Virus record (IMG/VR): IMGVR_UViG_3300024331_000111 | Location: 1-40,050 of that record | Length of the DNA: 40,050 bases | Source: a virus | Lineage: Duplodnaviria > Caudoviricetes | Reading direction: 5' to 3' (one strand) | Shown here: piece after piece, positions 16,646-26,497 of the stretch | How positions within the stretch are numbered: position 1 is the stretch's first letter | How the letters are laid out: every line of letters starts with the position of its first letter | Position numbers and translations under genes: made by a program | The notes under the pieces: generated by a model | What the model was told of the DNA's origin: nothing | The model's input: the letters and a program-made list of their open reading frames with translations, nothing else | The model's database searches: none

Positions 16646-18577
16646 ATGGCGATAGCTCTTGTCGGTTCAGCTGGTGCCATCTCGACGGTTGCTACTGCGT
16701 CGATCACCCCGGCGTTCGGGCAGGCGACCACCGCGGGGAACCTGCTGATAGCACGGGTCACTGACAATGTCGGTGGCATAGCGATCGCGACCACCTCTAC
16801 TGGGTGGACGCAAGCAGTACAAGCGCAGAGCGGCGCTAACGACGCCGCCGTGTTCTACAAGATGAACTGCGGTGCCAGCGAGACGGCACCGACGTTCACC
16901 GCTACGGGCGCGACGGTCATGTTCGCCGACCTGACCGAATGGTCCGGGGCTGCCACATCAGCTGCTCTCGATCAGTCCGGGACCGGTGGCGGGGCCGCCA
17001 ATCCAACGGCAGGGTGCACGGCGAACGACACGAACACCGCAGACCTCGCTGTCGGCTGCGCGATGTTCACGAACTCGAAAACCGCCACCTACACCGTTAG
17101 TAACACGTGGACACCGGCGAGCGGCACGGCCACCGCTACACAGAACACCGGTGCCACGAAGCAGCTCAACTGTTTCATGGGGTCCGCCTACCTACTGAAC
17201 GGTCATGGTGGCGCGGCTCACGACACTGTCACTTTCACGGTCACACCGTCAACCGGGGCGTTTTCCTCCGAGGCGTGCGCGGTTGCGTCGTTTCTTCCAC
17301 TGACCGCCGCGGCGACGGGCGTCATCGCCCCCCCGATCGTCGCTGACAGACTTCCTTGGCATCGCAAAGGGGTCGTCTGGTATCGGAAAACGCCGCCTGT
17401 TTTCACGGCACCCACACAGCAGCCGGTCGTCACTAGGTATCCCGCAGCCGGACCTATCCCGAGACATCGGTTCGGTGTTGTCTGGTATCGCCCTGTTCTC
17501 GTCGCCGCTGCCGCACCTGTCACACACCAGCCCATCGTCGTCGACGAACTCCCTTACAACAGGCATCGGCGTGGTGTCGTCTGGTATCGGAAGACACCCC
17601 CGGTCTTCACTGCCCCGAACCGTGAACCGCTCGTCCAAGACCAATATCCGCATCCTCGTCTACCACGTGCCGGGCGGATCGTTGTTCTCACACCCGGCGT
17701 TGCGCCTGCTCCACCGCCGCCCGCCCAGAAACCGTTAGTTCAAGGCGAATACCCGCACGCCCGGCTTCCACGCCGTGGTGTCCGGATCGTTGTCACCGGC
17801 CCGACGTTTGTTGTCACACTGCCGCCGGCCGTCCACACTGCCAGTCGGCATCCTCGTGGCACCGTCCGACTTGTCGTCGGTTCCACCTTCGTTGTTACAC
17901 ACCAGCCGATCGTCGTTGGCGAGCAGCCTTACAACCGCCATCGACGTGGTGTTGTCTGGTACCGGACGACGGTTATCGCCGTCGTCGTCGTCGTTGCCAC
18001 CCAGCAGCCGATCGTTGTTGGCGAACAGCCTTACAATCGTCACCGTAAGGGTGTTATTTGGTGGCGTCCGACCCCACCGGTATTCAAAGCCCCCAGCCCC
18101 GCACCCGTCGTTCACAGCACGCAACGCCACAACCGGTGCACGTCGATCCGCTTCCAAGGGCTGCCCGTCGCGCCGACGGTCACCCCGGCACCGATAGTCC
18201 GTTGCCCGACCCGAAGGAACCGTGGCGGCCGGCAGGTTCTCCACCAGCTGCCGCAGTACACGGTCACTCCCACTCCGATTGTTCGTTGCCTGTCGCGTCG
18301 TAACCCTGGCCGCAGGCTGATCGTTTATCGGCTTCCGAGTTTCGTCCCGGCCACGCCGCAGCCGATCGTGAAAACCCGGATGTTGAAACGGCGCGGGGTG
18401 GCGACACTCGCCCATCTGATTCCGTTCATTGCTCCGCCCTTCACGATCGGGACTCTCACCGCTGCCGACCGTGGAAGCAACCCGACGGCCAGCGATCGGG
18501 GCTCCGGTGACACGGCCACCTCGACAGGAACAGCGACGTTGACAGCGCAGGATCAGAGGACAGGAGGCCCGAGTTGA
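16646..18577 (+). CDS. Putative virion fibre/decoration protein with Arg/Pro/Val-rich repeats
   Basis: About 220 aa Thr/Ala-rich N-domain, then repeated QPIVV...HRRGVVWYR-like units. Confidence 0.75.
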   Translation: MAIALVGSAGAISTVATASITPAFGQATTAGNLLIARVTDNVGGIAIATTSTGWTQAVQAQSGANDAAVFYKMNCGASETAPTFTATGATVMFADLTEWSGAATSAALDQSGTGGGAANPTAGCTANDTNTADLAVGCAMFTNSKTATYTVSNTWTPASGTATATQNTGATKQLNCFMGSAYLLNGHGGAAHDTVTFTVTPSTGAFSSEACAVASFLPLTAAATGVIAPPIVADRLPWHRKGVVWYRKTPPVFTAPTQQPVVTRYPAAGPIPRHRFGVVWYRPVLVAAAAPVTHQPIVVDELPYNRHRRGVVWYRKTPPVFTAPNREPLVQDQYPHPRLPRAGRIVVLTPGVAPAPPPPAQKPLVQGEYPHARLPRRGVRIVVTGPTFVVTLPPAVHTASRHPRGTVRLVVGSTFVVTHQPIVVGEQPYNRHRRGVVWYRTTVIAVVVVVATQQPIVVGEQPYNRHRKGVIWWRPTPPVFKAPSPAPVVHSTQRHNRCTSIRFQGLPVAPTVTPAPIVRCPTRRNRGGRQVLHQLPQYTVTPTPIVRCLSRRNPGRRLIVYRLPSFVPATPQPIVKTRMLKRRGVATLAHLIPFIAPPFTIGTLTAADRGSNPTASDRGSGDTATSTGTATLTAQDQRTGGPS

Positions 18578-19416
18578 GTCGTTACGCGAACGGGCAACCA
18601 ATCCGTCTCAGCACCACCGTCAAAGACCTCACAGGCACCCTCGTCGACGCCGGCACCCTGGCCCTCGTCGTTCAGAAACCTGATGCCACCAAACAAACCT
18701 ACTCGTCGCCGACCCACGACTCGACCGGGCTCTACCACCAAGATCTCCCGGTCACCGACCTGGTCCAGAACGGCAACTACATCTACGTGTGGACATCCAC
18801 CGGGACAGGTGCCGGGGTGTCCCGCGGCGACTTCGACGTGTTCGACCCGTTCGAGCCCGCCGTCCTCCCGCTACAGGACGCTAAGAAAGCGGCGAACATC
18901 GACCCGGCGGTCACCACGTACGACGACGAGCTCCAATCGTATATAGACACGATCGAGGCCGATCTTGAACGGCTCATCGGTGGACCGATTGTCACGCGGA
19001 CGATCACGAACGAACGGGTCCGCCAAACCTACACCAACCCTGCGTTGGTGTTGCGTTACCGGATTGTGCAGTCGGTGACGAGCATCGTCGACGAATGGTC
19101 CGGGGCGTCACTGTCGACCACCGACATTGTGATCGACCAACCGTCGAGCATTGTTCGCCGTAAAGGGAATCTGCCGTTCCTGTTCCGCGGTCCTTGGTGT
19201 CTCGTCACCTACACGGCCGGGCAGGGCACGATCGTGCCGGCAGCGTTCAACACGGCCGGACGGATCATCATCCAGCATCTGTGGGAAACGCAGCGAGGCC
19301 CGGGGCAAGCGCCAGTGCCGAACATGGAGGAAACGTTCCTGCCGGGCATGTCGTTCGCTATCCCTAACCGGGCGTTGGAAGTCCTCAGCCCATATCTCCT
19401 AGAGGCTTACGTTTAG
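18574..19416 (+). CDS. Head-to-tail adaptor with N-terminal Ig-like extension
   Basis: LQDAKKAANI...DDELQSYI, VTYTAG, IIIQHLWETQRG, IPNRALEVLSPY. Confidence 0.8.
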   Translation: MSRYANGQPIRLSTTVKDLTGTLVDAGTLALVVQKPDATKQTYSSPTHDSTGLYHQDLPVTDLVQNGNYIYVWTSTGTGAGVSRGDFDVFDPFEPAVLPLQDAKKAANIDPAVTTYDDELQSYIDTIEADLERLIGGPIVTRTITNERVRQTYTNPALVLRYRIVQSVTSIVDEWSGASLSTTDIVIDQPSSIVRRKGNLPFLFRGPWCLVTYTAGQGTIVPAAFNTAGRIIIQHLWETQRGPGQAPVPNMEETFLPGMSFAIPNRALEVLSPYLLEAYV

Positions 19417-19929
19417 GTGCCGATCGTCACGAGCCGTGCCGGGACCGTCATCGACGCTCTCGTCACCCTGTTCACCGCCTCACCCACCCTCGCATCCCCC
19501 ATCGAGATATATGACGGTCCGGCCACCGGCGGGAACACGATGTGGACACAGGCGGTGTTCGTCGGGTTCAACGGGGATTGGCACACCAACGCCGCTGGCA
19601 CCAGCACCGGGCAAGCGTATGAGGCGGTGCTAACGAATCAGCAGCTCGTCTATGTCGGTCCTACCAGTAACAGGGAAGAACTCGAGATTCAGTGTGTCGC
19701 GGCGATCTGGTCCGGTGACACGAACATCCAAGCCGCCCGCAACTCCGCTCTCACCCTGTTCGGTGCCGTGCAAACTGTGTTGAGAACCGATCCCTCGTTA
19801 GGGATCGACGGTTCGACTGTCGCTCAGGGATTGGTTGGCACCCTCGAGTACGACTATGACACCGGCGGAAACGTGGGCGCGGCGATCAGGTTCACGATTC
19901 ACGTCACAACCACATTGCTGACCAGCTGA
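19417..19929 (+). CDS. Neck/tail terminator-like protein
   Basis: IYDGP, LRTDPSLG motifs; position before tail tube gene. Confidence 0.7.
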   Translation: MPIVTSRAGTVIDALVTLFTASPTLASPIEIYDGPATGGNTMWTQAVFVGFNGDWHTNAAGTSTGQAYEAVLTNQQLVYVGPTSNREELEIQCVAAIWSGDTNIQAARNSALTLFGAVQTVLRTDPSLGIDGSTVAQGLVGTLEYDYDTGGNVGAAIRFTIHVTTTLLTS

Positions 19930-19937
19930 GGAGCCTT

Positions 19938-20096
19938 ATGGCCCGGTTCATGAACACCAGTGGGATGCCGTTGGAACTCCCGGGGGACGGTGAGCGCCCG
20001 TCGCTCACCGTTCTCCCCGGGGATGTGATCGAGGCCGACAAGAACCCGAACCTGGCGTTCTTCGAGCCGGTCAAAACCAAAGCAGCAAAGGAGTAG
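19938..20096 (+). CDS. Small hypothetical protein, 52 aa
   Basis: GAGGAG RBS; MARFMNTSG...TVLPGDVIE. Confidence 0.65.
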   Translation: MARFMNTSGMPLELPGDGERPSLTVLPGDVIEADKNPNLAFFEPVKTKAAKE

Positions 20097-20100
20097 TTAG

Positions 20101-21288
20101 ATGCCGATTGCGGGTTTCCGTGGGTGGGTGGGTTTCGCTAAGGCGGGCGCACCAACATTCCTGACCGCCGCCACCACCGTCGGCGCGACATCGATCCCTG
20201 TCAGCGGGACCGTCGTCCCGGCGTCGTCGACGATCTATTTCATCGACGGGGTCAACAGCGAGTCCCGCGCTGTGACAGCCGGCGGCGGTTCGAGCACGTT
20301 GACTGTCGCGGCGACAACGAACGCGCACGCCGCGAACACCCCAATCTTCTGGCAGCTCACAGCGTCGTTAGGACCAGCGAACTGGGTGCCCGCCACCAAC
20401 ATTGTCCCGGCGGACCATATCGCCACGATCGAAGACAAAGGCATCCGCGGCTCGAATGTTGCCGCCTACAACGTGACCGGGGCGACAGCTTATGGTGAGT
20501 GCGCGATCGACGGGGACGTGTTCGCCGACATGTTCGGTTTCGTCGTCGGCAGTGTTTATGGTGCTGTCGATTTCGCTGGCGGCTCGCCGAACACTCACAC
20601 GTTCGCTGGGATGAACACTGCCGGCTCGAACGGGCAACCCACTTCGCTGCTCCTGTTCGTTTATAACGGCAACAACGTGCGAATGTTTGCTGGGGCGAAA
20701 TGCTCCGAGGTCGCCATCAAATACGACCCCACCCAAAACGTGTCCTACACCTCCAAGTGGATGGCATTGGAGTCGTGCGTGGTCGCGGCCTATACGCCGA
20801 CGTTCACGGCGATCACCCCCCAAGCCGCGTGGCAAGCCTCGACGTCGATCAACTCCGTCATCGCCTCCAACGTTCTCCTCGCGGATTTCACGATCAAACG
20901 CGACTCGATGGAAGCGATCCAAACGTTGGACGGCTCCCAGCAGCCGACGATCATTTGGGCGGGACCGCTGTCCACGACCGGGACGATCACCGCGACCTAC
21001 GAGGACGACACCAACCTCAACTTCTACCTGAACACCTCCCAGATTCCGGTTGTGTTCACATTGACGAACGGCACCGGTGCATCGCAGGTGCAAGTTGTTG
21101 TCCAGATGTCGAAGGCGATTTTCATGGACGGTTGGCAAGTCACGCTGCCCGGCTCGAAAGGCTATGTCGAGATCACCGGCCCGGTGACGGCGGTGGCGAA
21201 TGTCACGGACGCGAACACCGCGGGCGGCGGGTATTCGCCAAGTCGTGTCGTGCTGAAGAACACCTTGGCGACCGGGACCTATCAGTGA
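20101..21288 (+). CDS. Major tail tube protein with N-terminal insertion
   Basis: AAGGAG RBS; IEDKGIRGS, THTF, PTSL; position before chaperone genes. Confidence 0.85.
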   Translation: MPIAGFRGWVGFAKAGAPTFLTAATTVGATSIPVSGTVVPASSTIYFIDGVNSESRAVTAGGGSSTLTVAATTNAHAANTPIFWQLTASLGPANWVPATNIVPADHIATIEDKGIRGSNVAAYNVTGATAYGECAIDGDVFADMFGFVVGSVYGAVDFAGGSPNTHTFAGMNTAGSNGQPTSLLLFVYNGNNVRMFAGAKCSEVAIKYDPTQNVSYTSKWMALESCVVAAYTPTFTAITPQAAWQASTSINSVIASNVLLADFTIKRDSMEAIQTLDGSQQPTIIWAGPLSTTGTITATYEDDTNLNFYLNTSQIPVVFTLTNGTGASQVQVVVQMSKAIFMDGWQVTLPGSKGYVEITGPVTAVANVTDANTAGGGYSPSRVVLKNTLATGTYQ

Positions 21289-21305
21289 CTAGGAAAGGAC
21301 AATGA

Positions 21306-21431
21306 ATGTCGTTTGATCATTTGCAGGGCCACGATCCTGTCGGCGAAGAGGAAGCCCTCGCACCGAAGGCGAAACCCACGGCGAAGGTCGAGGAGCCGGC
21401 CGACGAGCCCGTGAAGAAGTCCGGCAAGTGA
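21306..21431 (+). CDS. Small charged protein, 41 aa
   Basis: GGAAAGGA RBS; MSFDHLQGHDPV...KKSGK; GTGA overlap with next gene. Confidence 0.5.
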   Translation: MSFDHLQGHDPVGEEEALAPKAKPTAKVEEPADEPVKKSGK

Positions 21432-21919
21432 GCCGTCTCGACCTGCCCGATAACGAATGGGCTGAACTGTGTTCGCCGCGAAAGGTGTCCGACCGTCGGC
21501 GGCGTGCGTACCTTACGGCTCTGTCAGATTCGACCGCCGCCGCCGCGGACTCGCCGCAGATTCCGAACCCTCACGCTGATAAGCCGGGACAGCCGTTAAC
21601 CATTCCTGACCCTCGGCGACTGACCGGTGAGCAGAGCAGTTTGCAGTTCCATGCGATGGATCTGCTCGTCATGTGTTTCGTCAAGGCGTGGTCGTTCGAG
21701 CAGCCGGTCACCCTCGAAGCGATAGAAGACTTGGACGCGGGCTCAAAAGATGCGTTGATCTCGAGATGTTTCGATCTGATGCCCGAGATGATGCCTGACT
21801 ACGGGCCGGATGATGGTAGCGACCCAAAAGCCCCCACCTCCGTGTCTTCCGTGCCGCTCACGGGATCGTCAACGGAGGCTCCGACATTCGCGACCCTGTC
21901 TACCGGCGGTACGTCCTAG
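21428..21919 (+). CDS. Tail assembly chaperone (gpG-like)
   Basis: VKAWSF motif; position; in-frame slippery site C CCA AAA. Confidence 0.85.
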   Translation: MSRLDLPDNEWAELCSPRKVSDRRRRAYLTALSDSTAAAADSPQIPNPHADKPGQPLTIPDPRRLTGEQSSLQFHAMDLLVMCFVKAWSFEQPVTLEAIEDLDAGSKDALISRCFDLMPEMMPDYGPDDGSDPKAPTSVSSVPLTGSSTEAPTFATLSTGGTS

Positions 21920-22035
21920 CGTCCGTTTTCGGGATGCCCCCGTCTGTCCAGGACGAACAGTCGGCGGTTGATCTCGATGAACTGTTGACGGTCCATTGGC
22001 GGGTTAACCAAATGGTGAAGCAGTCGGAGGGGTGA
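21823..22035 (+). CDS. -1 frameshift extension of tail chaperone (gpGT-like)
   Basis: CCCAAAA at 21823-21829; -1 frame is open to TGA 22035 and encodes ...LASVFGMPPSVQDEQSAVDLDELL... Confidence 0.8.
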   Translation, partial: PKSPHLRVFRAAHGIVNGGSDIRDPVYRRYVLASVFGMPPSVQDEQSAVDLDELLTVHWRVNQMVKQSEG

Positions 22036-22039
22036 TCGC

Positions 22040-22507
22040 ATGGCGGACGGGATCGCTTTCTCAATGATCACCGAACCGTTCCATAAAGGGATCGCTCAGC
22101 GGCAGGCGCGGATGCCCAGGGCGGCGATGTACTCGGTGCGCGAGGCCGGCCGGGTGGTGAAGGTTGCGGCGAAGAAAGCTGCCCCCATCCTGAAAGACCC
22201 CAACGCTGTGACGGCGTCACAGTTGGCTCGTGGAACGAAGTTCCGCAAAGCGGGTGGTATCGGTCCGGTCATGACCGCGGACCGTCCTGTTCGTGGCCTG
22301 TTGCGCGCGTCGATCAAACCGACCCGGAACATCAGGCGGGTCGGTGACATGTACGAACTGAAGATCGCTCCTCGGGGCGCGCGGGTTCATCTGTATTCGG
22401 GGGCACAAGAGGAACGGTTCCATTACATGGCCGCTGGTGAAGCAGCTGGGGCAGCGGCGTTGCAGGGGATAGCGAAACGGTCGTTCGACAAGGTGTGGAA
22501 GGGCTGA
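22040..22507 (+). CDS. HK97 gp10-like tail completion protein
   Basis: Basic; AKKAAPI...GLLRASIK...QEERFHYM. Confidence 0.7.
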   Translation: MADGIAFSMITEPFHKGIAQRQARMPRAAMYSVREAGRVVKVAAKKAAPILKDPNAVTASQLARGTKFRKAGGIGPVMTADRPVRGLLRASIKPTRNIRRVGDMYELKIAPRGARVHLYSGAQEERFHYMAAGEAAGAAALQGIAKRSFDKVWKG

Positions 22508-22510
22508 CCC

Positions 22511-24373
22511 GTGGACACGACCGTAACTCTTCGTGCCGTGATTTCGGATTTCCAGCGGAAAATGTCTATCGCCCGTGGCGAGATGGAAGCCACGTCGAAG
22601 CAAGGCGGGTCGCATTTCCAAACGTTGAACAAGGGCAGCGGTATGTTGCTGGCGGGCGTCGCGGGAGCGGCGGTCGGTGTTGCCGGGCTCGCGTTGAAAA
22701 TGGGCTCGGATTTACAGGACGCCAACCGGCGGTTGAGTGTCGCTATCGCCGACTCGGGGCACAGTTTCGTAGCGTTCACCCCCCAAATTCAGGTCGCTGA
22801 TAAGCAGCTCGAGCATTTCGGGTTCACGAACGCTCAAACCAACGATGCGCTGGCTGTGATGGTTACCGGGCTGGGATCGCCAACGAAGGCGTTTAACGCG
22901 TTGGGTGTCGCGGCGGATTTGGCGACGTTCAAGCATGTGGATTTGGCGCAGGCGTCGTTGGCTGTGACGAAGGCGCTCGAGGGGAACATGCGCCCGTTGC
23001 ATCAGTTGGGTATCGATTTGCCGATCGCCGCGTCTTCGGCGTTCAAGGTGGTGCAGGCGCAGACAGCGTTGAAGAAGGCGCAGGACGCGTTGACGGCGGC
23101 TGAGGTTTCGGCGCACCCGACGGCGGTGCAGTTGGCGTCGGATCGGCTCAAGGCCGAATCGTTGGCGATGGCCGCGGCTAGGGCTGATACCGCTGAGCAG
23201 TCGGCGCAGGCTGCGTTAACTGCCGTGATGAAAGAGTATCCGGATGCTGCGAACGCATCCTCTAAAGGTCACGAGCTGTTGGCTGCTGCTACAGCCAAAC
23301 TGAAACTGGCTCAAGACGCGGCGCTGGTTGCTACGCAGAAGGAAGCGGCCGGTGTGACGGCCGGGACGGGGCCTCATGCCGCGTACGAGCGGGCTGTGTC
23401 GAAGGTGGCGGACGCTCAGGCGAAACTGACGTTAGCGCAGCAGGCCGGCACGACGATCCTGGCAGCGTTGACTCAGAAGATTGGTGGTCAGGCGTCGGAT
23501 GCGGCGAAAACGTTCGCTGGAAGGTTGCAGGTCGCGAAGGCTCAGGCGACAGATTTGGGCGCGAAACTTGGGATGGTATTGATCCCGATCCTCGAGAATC
23601 TTATGACGAAGGTGGCGGCGGTTGTCGCCTGGTTCCAGAGGCATCATGATGTCGCGATAGCGCTTGCCACGGCGTTGGGCACGGTGTTGGCGGCTGCTAT
23701 CGGGATCAGACTGGTGTCGGCCATCGCGGGAATGGTCAAATCTGTTCAGGGCGGCATCCAATGGTTGAGCAGGCTGGGCGCGCAGTCAGCCATAACAGAA
23801 GGGGAGATAGCGGCATCGAAGAGTGGCGGCATCGGGTTGCTAGCTGCATCTGCTCTCGCCGCTTCGGGGTTGATTGTGATCACGGGTAAGAAACTGATCG
23901 ACCTTGGGAACACTGCCGATGCCACTCACAACAAGATCATGGGTTTGTATGCCGCGTTGTTCCAGGGTGGGGCTGGTACTGGTCCGTCGAGGTTCACGAC
24001 GAAGAACCAGTTGAACTTGCAAGGGTGGGTTCCTGATTCCGGTTATTTCGACAAGAATGGTAACTGGGTGCCACTGTCGTCGGCACCGAAGAAGGCGGCT
24101 GGCGGCCCGGTCGAAGCGGGCATGGGGTACTGGGTGGGGGAGAAGGGACCGGAATGGTTCCAGCCGCAAACGGCCGGTTCGATCATTCCGCACAGTGTGA
24201 GCGGCAGCCCGAGCGGAGGCGGCTGGGGCGGCGGTCCGGTCACAGTGAACGTGACGGTGGAAGGCCACGTACTCACAGCCTCCGGGCTCGCCTCGTCGCT
24301 TGTGGAGCCGTTGCGGAAGGCGTTCGAGCAGGGCCCGGCCCGTAACGGTCGCCGCGGCCAGTTGACGAGCTAA
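22511..24373 (+). CDS. Tape measure protein
   Basis: Ala-rich helical protein; C-terminal AAGGPV...VGEKGPEWFQP motif. Confidence 0.9.
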   Translation: MDTTVTLRAVISDFQRKMSIARGEMEATSKQGGSHFQTLNKGSGMLLAGVAGAAVGVAGLALKMGSDLQDANRRLSVAIADSGHSFVAFTPQIQVADKQLEHFGFTNAQTNDALAVMVTGLGSPTKAFNALGVAADLATFKHVDLAQASLAVTKALEGNMRPLHQLGIDLPIAASSAFKVVQAQTALKKAQDALTAAEVSAHPTAVQLASDRLKAESLAMAAARADTAEQSAQAALTAVMKEYPDAANASSKGHELLAAATAKLKLAQDAALVATQKEAAGVTAGTGPHAAYERAVSKVADAQAKLTLAQQAGTTILAALTQKIGGQASDAAKTFAGRLQVAKAQATDLGAKLGMVLIPILENLMTKVAAVVAWFQRHHDVAIALATALGTVLAAAIGIRLVSAIAGMVKSVQGGIQWLSRLGAQSAITEGEIAASKSGGIGLLAASALAASGLIVITGKKLIDLGNTADATHNKIMGLYAALFQGGAGTGPSRFTTKNQLNLQGWVPDSGYFDKNGNWVPLSSAPKKAAGGPVEAGMGYWVGEKGPEWFQPQTAGSIIPHSVSGSPSGGGWGGGPVTVNVTVEGHVLTASGLASSLVEPLRKAFEQGPARNGRRGQLTS

Positions 24374-24384
24374 TGGGATGCCTG

Positions 24385-24439
24385 CCGCGCCAAGCCCAGC
24401 CTAACCCTGCCATACCGCGCCTTGCCAAACCAAGCCGGG
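24385..24439. repeat. Degenerate pentamer array CCNNR x11
   Basis: ccgcg ccaag cccag cctaa ccctg ccata ccgcg ccttg ccaaa ccaag ccggg. Confidence 0.8.
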
Positions 24440-24467
24440 CTCCCAATCTACCGACGGGGGCGAGCTG

Positions 24468-26378
24468 ATGGCAAGACCTTCTGTTCTCTATTTATGTGCC
24501 TTCAACAACGGACCGAACGATGACCCGGCGTTGATCACGACGATCGCGTCACCACCGGGCACGTTGGGTGCGACGAATGTGTGGACTGACGTGTCCAGGT
24601 TCGTGCTGAACGACAATGGGGCTCGGGGTCGTCAGCAGGAGTTGCAGTCGTTCGAGGCCGGGACCCGCGAGCTGCATTTGGACAACACGAGCGGCCGGTT
24701 CACGCCGTGGAACACATCGTCGCCTTACACGGGGTTGGTGGTGCCGGGGAAGTTGGTGCAGGTGCGGGCGTCGTGGCTGGGTGTCACCTATTACCGGTTC
24801 ACGGGGCAGGTGTCCGGGTGGTATCCGGAGTGGCCTGACGAGACGAACCAAACTTGTTTGTTGAAGGTGGCGGACGCGTTCCGGATGTGGAACAACGCGA
24901 ACTTCACGACTGGCGGTTATCCGTCCCAGGTGATAGCTGACGGTGTCCACAACTATTGGCGGTTCGGTGACTTGGTCGGATCTCAGACTGCCGCTGATTC
25001 CGGTCCAGCTGGGCAGTCCGCAACAGTCACGGTCCCTACGGTGACGTTTGGGCAGCCTGGGGCCTTCAAGGCTGACACGACCAGCAGCGCCCTGTTCCTC
25101 GCAACTGCATCGCTCACGCCGACGATACAACTCCCGAACTTGATCAATGTGATATGGAACGGGGATCTGACACTGGAGTTCTGGATCAACACCGCCTACA
25201 CGGCGGCGTCAAACACCAACATAACCTTGCTGTACCTCTGCTCCGGCGGCAATGGGCAAGCTGTGTTAGAGGTCGACACGAACGCCAACACTGTCAAACT
25301 GACAAGCGGCGGCGCAGGGGCTCACACACTGTCTGCGTCGGCGACGTTGAGCGACGGCATCTGGCATCACGTCATGGGCGTGCTGTCGGTCACCGGGTCA
25401 ACACACACGATATACGTGGACGGAGTATCCGCCGGCTCTGACGGTGTGGCACCGGTGATAAGCCAGACCGCGGTGCTGAGCACGATTTCGAGCACAGCAC
25501 AGACTCCGGGCGCGTTGTTGCAGGAAGTAGCGGTGTATCCCTCCGTGTTGACAAGCGGACAGGCCGCTAACCATTTCAGTCTTGGGATCTGGACGCAGGA
25601 GGGGGCGGGGGCGCGAGTCAACCGAGTGTTGACTGCTCAAGGCTGGTCCGCTGGTGCCCGGTTTGTTAATACAGGTCGGACGTCCACTGTGCAAGCGCCC
25701 GCCTCGTCGCTGACCAACACATCTGTGCTCGGACATCTCCAAGAGGTCGAAGCGACCGAGAGCGGTGCCTTTTTCATGCAAGAGAATGGGGTGGCAACAT
25801 TTCTGAGCCGGTATACCCTGTTGTCCAGCGCAGTCAACACGACCTCGCAGGCGACCCTCGGGGATAACACGGCCGGGGATGACATCCCGTACCTGCCCGG
25901 TCCCACGCTCTCCCGTGATGATTTGTTTTTGTACACGACCGCGACGGCGACACGCGCCGGGGGAGTGCAGCAGACAGCTACTAATGGGAATCCCGGTAAC
26001 ACGTGGACGCCGCCCGCTTCCCTGATCGGCATATCCGATGCCGAAGTGCTCGGGCTCGCGAACTATGTGGTCGACAAGTTCGGCACCCCCGTCGATCGCC
26101 TGCAATCCGTGACAGTTGACGTGCTCGCGGTGGCTGCAGCGTTCCCAGCTGTGATCCCCACCTTGTTTACTCTTAAGGTTCTGAATCGGATTACAGTGGA
26201 ACGCACCCTCATGCCCGGTGGCGGCACAGCCTTCTCGCAGGAATGTCAGATCGAACACATCGACGAGACGATTAATGCGAAACAGTGGTATGTCACATTC
26301 CAGCTCGCGGTCGCGGATAAGCCGTTCTGGATTCTTGATACCAGCCAGTTAGGTATCAGTACCCGGCTGGCCTTCTAG
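24468..26378 (+). CDS. Minor tail/tail-tip protein with inserted LamG/concanavalin-A-like domain
   Basis: WTDVS, LDNTSGRFTP N-terminus; YWRFGD, TLEFWI, DGIWHHV, IYVDG, EVAVYP LamG motifs; WILDTSQLG C-terminus. Confidence 0.88.
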   Translation: MARPSVLYLCAFNNGPNDDPALITTIASPPGTLGATNVWTDVSRFVLNDNGARGRQQELQSFEAGTRELHLDNTSGRFTPWNTSSPYTGLVVPGKLVQVRASWLGVTYYRFTGQVSGWYPEWPDETNQTCLLKVADAFRMWNNANFTTGGYPSQVIADGVHNYWRFGDLVGSQTAADSGPAGQSATVTVPTVTFGQPGAFKADTTSSALFLATASLTPTIQLPNLINVIWNGDLTLEFWINTAYTAASNTNITLLYLCSGGNGQAVLEVDTNANTVKLTSGGAGAHTLSASATLSDGIWHHVMGVLSVTGSTHTIYVDGVSAGSDGVAPVISQTAVLSTISSTAQTPGALLQEVAVYPSVLTSGQAANHFSLGIWTQEGAGARVNRVLTAQGWSAGARFVNTGRTSTVQAPASSLTNTSVLGHLQEVEATESGAFFMQENGVATFLSRYTLLSSAVNTTSQATLGDNTAGDDIPYLPGPTLSRDDLFLYTTATATRAGGVQQTATNGNPGNTWTPPASLIGISDAEVLGLANYVVDKFGTPVDRLQSVTVDVLAVAAAFPAVIPTLFTLKVLNRITVERTLMPGGGTAFSQECQIEHIDETINAKQWYVTFQLAVADKPFWILDTSQLGISTRLAF

Positions 26379-26486
26379 CTCATCTGACTCATCATCGTCA
26401 GCGTGGGCTGCTTTCAAGTCTTGTAGTGACTCGAAGACTCGGCCGTCGTCGTCCACCCAGATCATCAATGGCACCGTGGGTCGCAT
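26349..26486 (-). CDS. Small acidic hypothetical protein, 45 aa
   Basis: MRPTVPLMIWVDDDGRVF...; follows the secreted-protein gene in the same orientation. Confidence 0.4.
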   Translation of the reverse strand: MRPTVPLMIWVDDDGRVFESLQDLKAAHADDDESDELEGQPGTDT

Positions 26487-26497
26487 CGACGCAGAGA

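Noticed and set aside
5499-26258. Long antisense ORFs (e.g. 5979-6791, 8341-9237, 13975-14790, 17735-18601, 20368-21138, 25398-26258)
   Set aside because: Typical high-GC shadows opposite well-supported genes, with no motifs or RBS
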